DNA of 64,000 nucleotides from Gammaproteobacteria bacterium (GTDB lineage Bacteria; Pseudomonadota; Gammaproteobacteria; CBDDKY01): NCBI GenBank assembly GCA_965230455.1, contig CBDDKY010000003.1, positions 45,626 to 109,625 of the forward strand, read 5' to 3'. Shown piece by piece: positions 59,450 to 64,000 of this stretch (position 1 is its first letter; each line of letters starts with the position of its first letter). The notes under the pieces were generated by a model. It saw only the letters and a program-made list of their open reading frames with translations, ran no database searches and was not told where the DNA came from. The position numbers and the translations under genes were made by a program.

Positions 59450-61975
59450 TGAGGGTACGTCTGCTGAATGATGAACGCCCAAGCACATCCGAAAAAATTC
59501 ATTCCCTCTCAGTAGCTTGCAGCCCCTCTTATTCGTCTTTGCGAGCGGCAGCGCGGCAATCCAAATTAAATCCTAGGAAAGTTTAAACCACGAAGCGATA
59601 AACTCCGCACACATAGCGCCTTGCCTTGTTCAAGAGAGGGCATACCCATTGTCATTTATTAAAAAAATAGGATAAGTCAGCCTACCACCCTGGATTGCCG
59701 CGCTGCCGCTCGCAAAGACGAGTAAGAGGGCCCGTAAGCCATTGAAAGGCAATGTTTCTGTTATGGTGTACCCGTTAGTTTATGACTCAGTACGGTTTGC
59801 TTTCACAAGGAATGATGAACGCACAAACACATCCGAAAAAAATTCACTCGCTCTCAGTAGCTTACAACCCCTCTTATTCGTCGTTGCGAGCGGCAGCGCG
59901 GCAATCCAAATTAAATCCTAGGAAAGTTTAAACCACGAAGCTATAGACTCTGCACACATAGCGCCTTGCCTTGTTCAAGAGAGGGCATACCCATACGTCA
60001 CGCATCAAAAAGACAGCGACATGTCAGCCTACCACCCTGGATTGCTTCGCTGCCGCTCGCAAGGACGAGTAAGAGAGCACGTAAGCCATTGAAAGGCAAT
60101 GCTTCTGTTATGCTGTACCCGTTAGTTTATTACTCAGTACGGTTTGCTTTCACAAGAAATGATGAACGCCCAAGCACATCCGAAAAAAATCATTCTACAC
60201 CAACTTGTTACGCACCACCTTATTCGTCCTTGCGAGCGGCAGCGCGGCAATCCAAATTAAATCCTAGGAAAGTTTAAACCACGAAGCGATAGACTCTGCA
60301 CACATAGTGCCTTGCCTTGTTCAAGAGAAGGCATACCTGTTTCTAGTTCACTGAAAAAATAGAACAAGTCAGCCTACCACCCTGGATTGCCGCGCTGCCG
60401 CTCGCAACGACGAGTAAGAGAGCCCGTAAGCCATTGAAAGGCAATGCTTCTTTTATAGTGTACCCGTTAGTTTATTACTCAATACTGCTTTTCACAAGAA
60501 ATGATGAAGAAATGATGAACGCCCAAGCACATCCGAAAAAATTCACTCTCTCTCAGTAGCTTACAACCCCTCTTATTCGTCGTTGCGAGCGGCAGCGCGG
60601 CAATCCAAATTAAATCCTAGGAAAGTTTAAACCACGAAGCGATAAACTCCGCACACATAGCGCCTTGCCTTATTCAAGAGAAGACATACCCCTTTGTCAT
60701 TTATTAAAAAAATAGGATAAGTCAGCCTACCACCCTGGATTGCTTCGCTGCCGCTCGCAAAGACGAGTAAGAGAGCACGTAAGCCAGTGAAAGGCAATGC
60801 TTCTTTTATGATGTACTCGTTAGTTTATTACTCAAGACGGTTTGCTTTCACAAGGAATGATGAACGCACAAGCACATCTGAAAAAATTCACTCTCTCTCA
60901 GTAGCTTACAACCTCTCTTATTCGTCTTTGCGAGCGGCAGCGCGGCAATCCAAATTAAATCCTAGGAAAATTTTAACCACGAAGCTGCGGACTCTGCACA
61001 CATAGCACCTTGCCTTGTTCAAGAAAAGGCATACCCCTTTGTCATTTATTAAAAAAATAGGATAAGTCAGCCTACCACCCTGGATTGCTTCGCTGCCGCT
61101 CGCAAGGACGAGCAAGAGAGCACGTAAGCCAGTGAAAGGCAATGCTTCTTTTATGGTGTACCCGTTAGTTTATTACTCAAGACGGTTTGCTTTCACAAGA
61201 AATGATGAACGCACAAGCACACGCTAAAAAAAACATTCTACATCAACTTGTTACGCACCACCTTATTCGTCCTTGCGAGCGGCAGCGAAGCAATCCAAAT
61301 TAAATCCTAGGAAAGTTTAAACCACGAAGCGATAGACTCTGCACACATAGTGCCTTGCCTTGTTCAAGAGAAGGCATACCCATTTGTCATTTATTAAAAA
61401 AATAGGATAAGTCAGCCTACCACCCTGGATTGCTTCGCTGCCGCTCGCAAAGACGAGTAAGAGAGCACGTAAGTCATTGAAAGGCAATGCTTCTTCTATG
61501 GTGTACCCGTTAGTTTATTACTCAGTACGGTTTGCTTTCACAAGAAATGATGAACGCCCAAGCACATCCAAAAAAAATTCACTCGCTCTCAGTAGGTTAC
61601 AGCCCCTCTTATTCGTCCTTGCGAGCGGCAGCGCGGCAATCCAAATTAAATCCTAGGAACGTTTAAACTACAAAGCTATGGACTCTGCACACATAGCGCC
61701 TTGCCTTATTCAAGAGAAGACATACCCCTTTGTCATTTATTAAAAAAATAGGATAAGTCAGCCTACCACCCTGGATTGCTTCGCTGCCGCTCGCAAGGAC
61801 GAGTAAGAGAGCACGTAAGTCATTGAAAGGCAATGACTCTTCTATGGTGTACCCGTTAGTTTATTACTCAAGACGGTTTGCTTTCACAAGAAATGATGAA
61901 CGCACAAGCACACGCTAAAAAAAACATTCTACATCAACTTGTTACGCACCACCTTATTCGTCCTTGCGAGCGGTG
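59450..61975 (+). repeat. Tandem array C of the ~345-bp unit, about 7 units, in the same orientation as array A. Its right side is cut by an IS630 insertion.
   Basis: The landmark 'aggaaag' recurs at about 59575, 59920, 60266, 60619, 60964, 61339 and 61655. The array sequence stops abruptly at 'ccttgcgagcgg|tgtatatagcaatttcac'. Confidence 0.9.
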
Positions 61976-61977
61976 TA

Positions 61978-63099
61978 TATAGCAATTTCACTTCAAGATG
62001 CGAACACAGGTTTTTCTAAGATTTGAAAATTATCTGTTATTCTTGAACGCAATAATCTTTTCTTTTTGCCAATATGTCTAAAAAAATGTTTGATAGCCTC
62101 GGTAAAATCAGAAAATTTTTCATAATATTTATTGTAGGTAACTTGCTCATGCATAATCTTCCACAGTCGTTCTACTGGATTTAGATTGGGTGAATATGGC
62201 GGTAAATAATGTATGACTATCCCCAGCTCTTTAGCAAAATCCTGTACTAATCCACTACAATGGTAACCTGCATTATCCCAAATAATGTGCACTTTATAAT
62301 TTCCAGGGTGATGTTTACGCAGCCGAAATAAAAAGGATTGTATGCTTTCTTCATTGATCTTGTCGGATTGCTCATAAACAACTTTGTGATTAGTTAAGCA
62401 GACTCCGCCCATAAAGTTTAAGCGGTATTGTCGAGCTGTTGTAGCAATCGGTTTACGCTCGCCTTTCATTATCCAACCATAAGCTAGCCTTGTTTGATGT
62501 TGTGGATGAACACTATCAACAAAGTAAATAGGCTCTTTTCTACCCGCTTTTTTCTTTAGTTTCTCATAATAGGTAATAAAATCTATTTGCTTAGTTTTAT
62601 CTGCTTTAGCAGGAACTGCATTTGGTTTTTTATAACGAAAACCGTGCTGGTGTAACCACTTCGTCATGCCACTGATGGTGTATTTTTTATTAAAAGTTTT
62701 GCGTACATAAGCACAAATATCTTTTACATAGCGGTAAGTGTATTTTTTTAAATGTGATAAAAGTAACTGCGACTGCTCTTGGTTAAGTTGACTATTGCTG
62801 CCGCCATTTTCTGGCTTTAATTTAAATGTTTTAAAATAATCAGAAATATGCCGACGAATGGTTTCATCATCTAATAATAAAAGACGAGCAACTTCAGAGT
62901 AACTGTAGCCGTCATCGTAAGCTAATACAGCCTTGATTCGGTCGCAAGTCCGCTTGTCGCGCTCTTTTTTATGGCGCCGTTGCAGCTTTTCACGTTCTTG
63001 TGTTGTTAGCTTTCTATTCATAACGGTATTTGATCATATCCTGATGATTTATGCAACTTTTTTAAGTCAAATTCGCATCTTCAATGGCGAGTGCTATAT
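61978..63099 (-). mobile_element. IS630-family IS element, copy 2, inserted between array C and an IS21 terminus.
   Basis: The same termini as copy 1. The transposase ORF 61993-63021 differs from copy 1 by only a few bases. Confidence 0.85.
61993..63021 (-). CDS. IS630-family transposase, copy 2.
   Basis: 342 aa and essentially identical to the 43267-44295 product (one substitution, V to A, near 'IIWDNAGYH'). Confidence 0.9.
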   Translation of the reverse strand: MNRKLTTQEREKLQRRHKKERDKRTCDRIKAVLAYDDGYSYSEVARLLLLDDETIRRHISDYFKTFKLKPENGGSNSQLNQEQSQLLLSHLKKYTYRYVKDICAYVRKTFNKKYTISGMTKWLHQHGFRYKKPNAVPAKADKTKQIDFITYYEKLKKKAGRKEPIYFVDSVHPQHQTRLAYGWIMKGERKPIATTARQYRLNFMGGVCLTNHKVVYEQSDKINEESIQSFLFRLRKHHPGNYKVHIIWDNAGYHCSGLVQDFAKELGIVIHYLPPYSPNLNPVERLWKIMHEQVTYNKYYEKFSDFTEAIKHFFRHIGKKKRLLRSRITDNFQILEKPVFAS

Positions 63100-63159
63100 T
63101 CCCATTGAATCGATCAAGCAAAATTATTTTGTCGATCACTGCCTTTATCTTCGGTTTGA

Positions 63160-63915
63160 TCATACTTGGTGATCGACGGGAGTCAAGTTATTTCCCACTT
63201 TTCTAACAGACTCACCCGCAATATCAAAGCAATAAGCATTATTCACTAATCGATCACAAATAGCATCAGCAATCGTGCCGTCACCAATGTAATCATGCCA
63301 ATGGGCTGTCGGTAACTGCGATGTGATAATCGTCGCTGTTCGGCCACAGCGGTCTTCAAGCACTTCCAATAAATCTCGGCGGCCTTGCCTGTCCAGTTGA
63401 TCAATGCCCCAGTCATCGAGGATTAAAACGTGCTTTTTAGCCAAACGCTCTAGCAACTTACCGTAGCTACCATCAACATGAGAAATCCGCAAAGCCTCCA
63501 CCAACCGCCCAACGCGGTAGTAAAGAACAGCGTGTAAGCGCCGGCAAGCAAGTTGACCAAGCGCACAAGCCATATAACTTTTGCCAACGCCCGTAGGCCC
63601 TGTGATGATGATATTACGCGCTTGCGTTATCCACTGCCCATGAGCTAGTTCTTTGAACTGTTGCTGATTAAATTGTCGTGGTAAGCGATAATTAATCGCT
63701 TCATAACTCGCCTGTGGATAGCGTAACTTTGCTAACTTTAACAAACGAGCTTGTCGCTTATTTTCTCGTAAACATAACTCTCTATCGGTCATGATAGTCA
63801 AGGCGTCACTAAGACAAAGGTCTTGAGGCGATGTAGGTTGACTTAATTCCGTATACGCCTCTATAAAACCGTGTAAGCGTAATTGAATCAATTTATCGTG
63901 CGTGTGTTGGTCCAT
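63160..63915 (-). CDS. istB: IS21-family helper ATPase IstB.
   Basis: 251 aa. Walker A 'GPTGVGKS', Walker B 'LILDDWG', and a DnaC/IstB-like fold. Confidence 0.9.
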   Translation of the reverse strand: MDQHTHDKLIQLRLHGFIEAYTELSQPTSPQDLCLSDALTIMTDRELCLRENKRQARLLKLAKLRYPQASYEAINYRLPRQFNQQQFKELAHGQWITQARNIIITGPTGVGKSYMACALGQLACRRLHAVLYYRVGRLVEALRISHVDGSYGKLLERLAKKHVLILDDWGIDQLDRQGRRDLLEVLEDRCGRTATIITSQLPTAHWHDYIGDGTIADAICDRLVNNAYCFDIAGESVRKVGNNLTPVDHQV

Positions 63916-64000
63916 AGATAGGTTTCCTTCTCGTGTTAATGATAATAGGTTGAGCCACGAATATTGGCGTGTGACGGTGAGGTAAAGTCTTTCTCTTGTT
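63912..64000 (-). CDS. C-terminal end of a probable IS21 IstA transposase, cut by the window edge.
   Basis: A minus-strand open frame runs into the window edge and ends overlapping the istB start, which is the usual IS21 arrangement. Confidence 0.4.

Larger units (their letters stand above)
63100..64000 (-). mobile_element. IS21-family element, 3' part only. The element continues beyond the window edge.
   Basis: A terminal region with multiple short 'gatcNa' direct repeats (63100-63160), followed by istB and the 3' end of an upstream ORF that looks like istA. Confidence 0.7.

Noticed and set aside
62933-63172. 79-aa plus-strand ORF spanning the IS630 and IS21 junction. The equivalent ORF at 44207-44449 spans the IS630 copy-1 right end.
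   Set aside because: It lies antisense to the transposase 5' end and continues across the IS boundary into unrelated sequence. It is an artefact of the IS terminal sequence.

Overview
This window looks like gammaproteobacterial chromosome with a gene set typical of Legionellales-type intracellular bacteria (inference from the genes listed below). Confidently recognisable housekeeping genes are glnA, rpoH, hppD (legiolysin-like), uvrD, priA, hslO, rep, psd, leuS-lptE-holA, yaaA and a fatty-acid desaturase. Also present are an EnhC-like Sel1-repeat protein, an EAL/HDOD signalling protein and a TusA plus PP-loop thiolase pair. Four large, mostly alpha-helical proteins have no recognisable family (1059, ~1684, 670 and 1906 aa). 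The 1684- and 1906-aa proteins are paralogs that share a C-terminal ~350-aa module and a repeated 'F-x-x-[VI]-A-S-R-A-G-x-x-W' motif; they are candidate secreted effectors. The most striking DNA-level feature is three long tandem arrays (about 1.8, 3.3 and 2.5 kb) of a ~345-bp unit that carries 35-bp internal inverted repeats. Arrays A and C lie in the same orientation and array B is inverted. Together the arrays are about 12% of the window. There are also at least five short MITE/REP-like repeat families and a nested IS graveyard at 40.7-44.4 kb that holds an ISAs1 element, an IS4-family remnant with perfect 26-bp terminal inverted repeats and an IS630 copy. A second IS630 copy cuts array C next to an IS21 end. 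Two paralogous archaeal-type AAA ATPase genes each carry a palindromic operator in the promoter region. An AT-rich islet encodes an AEC-family transporter and a secreted protein. No rRNA, tRNA or CRISPR could be recognised by eye.
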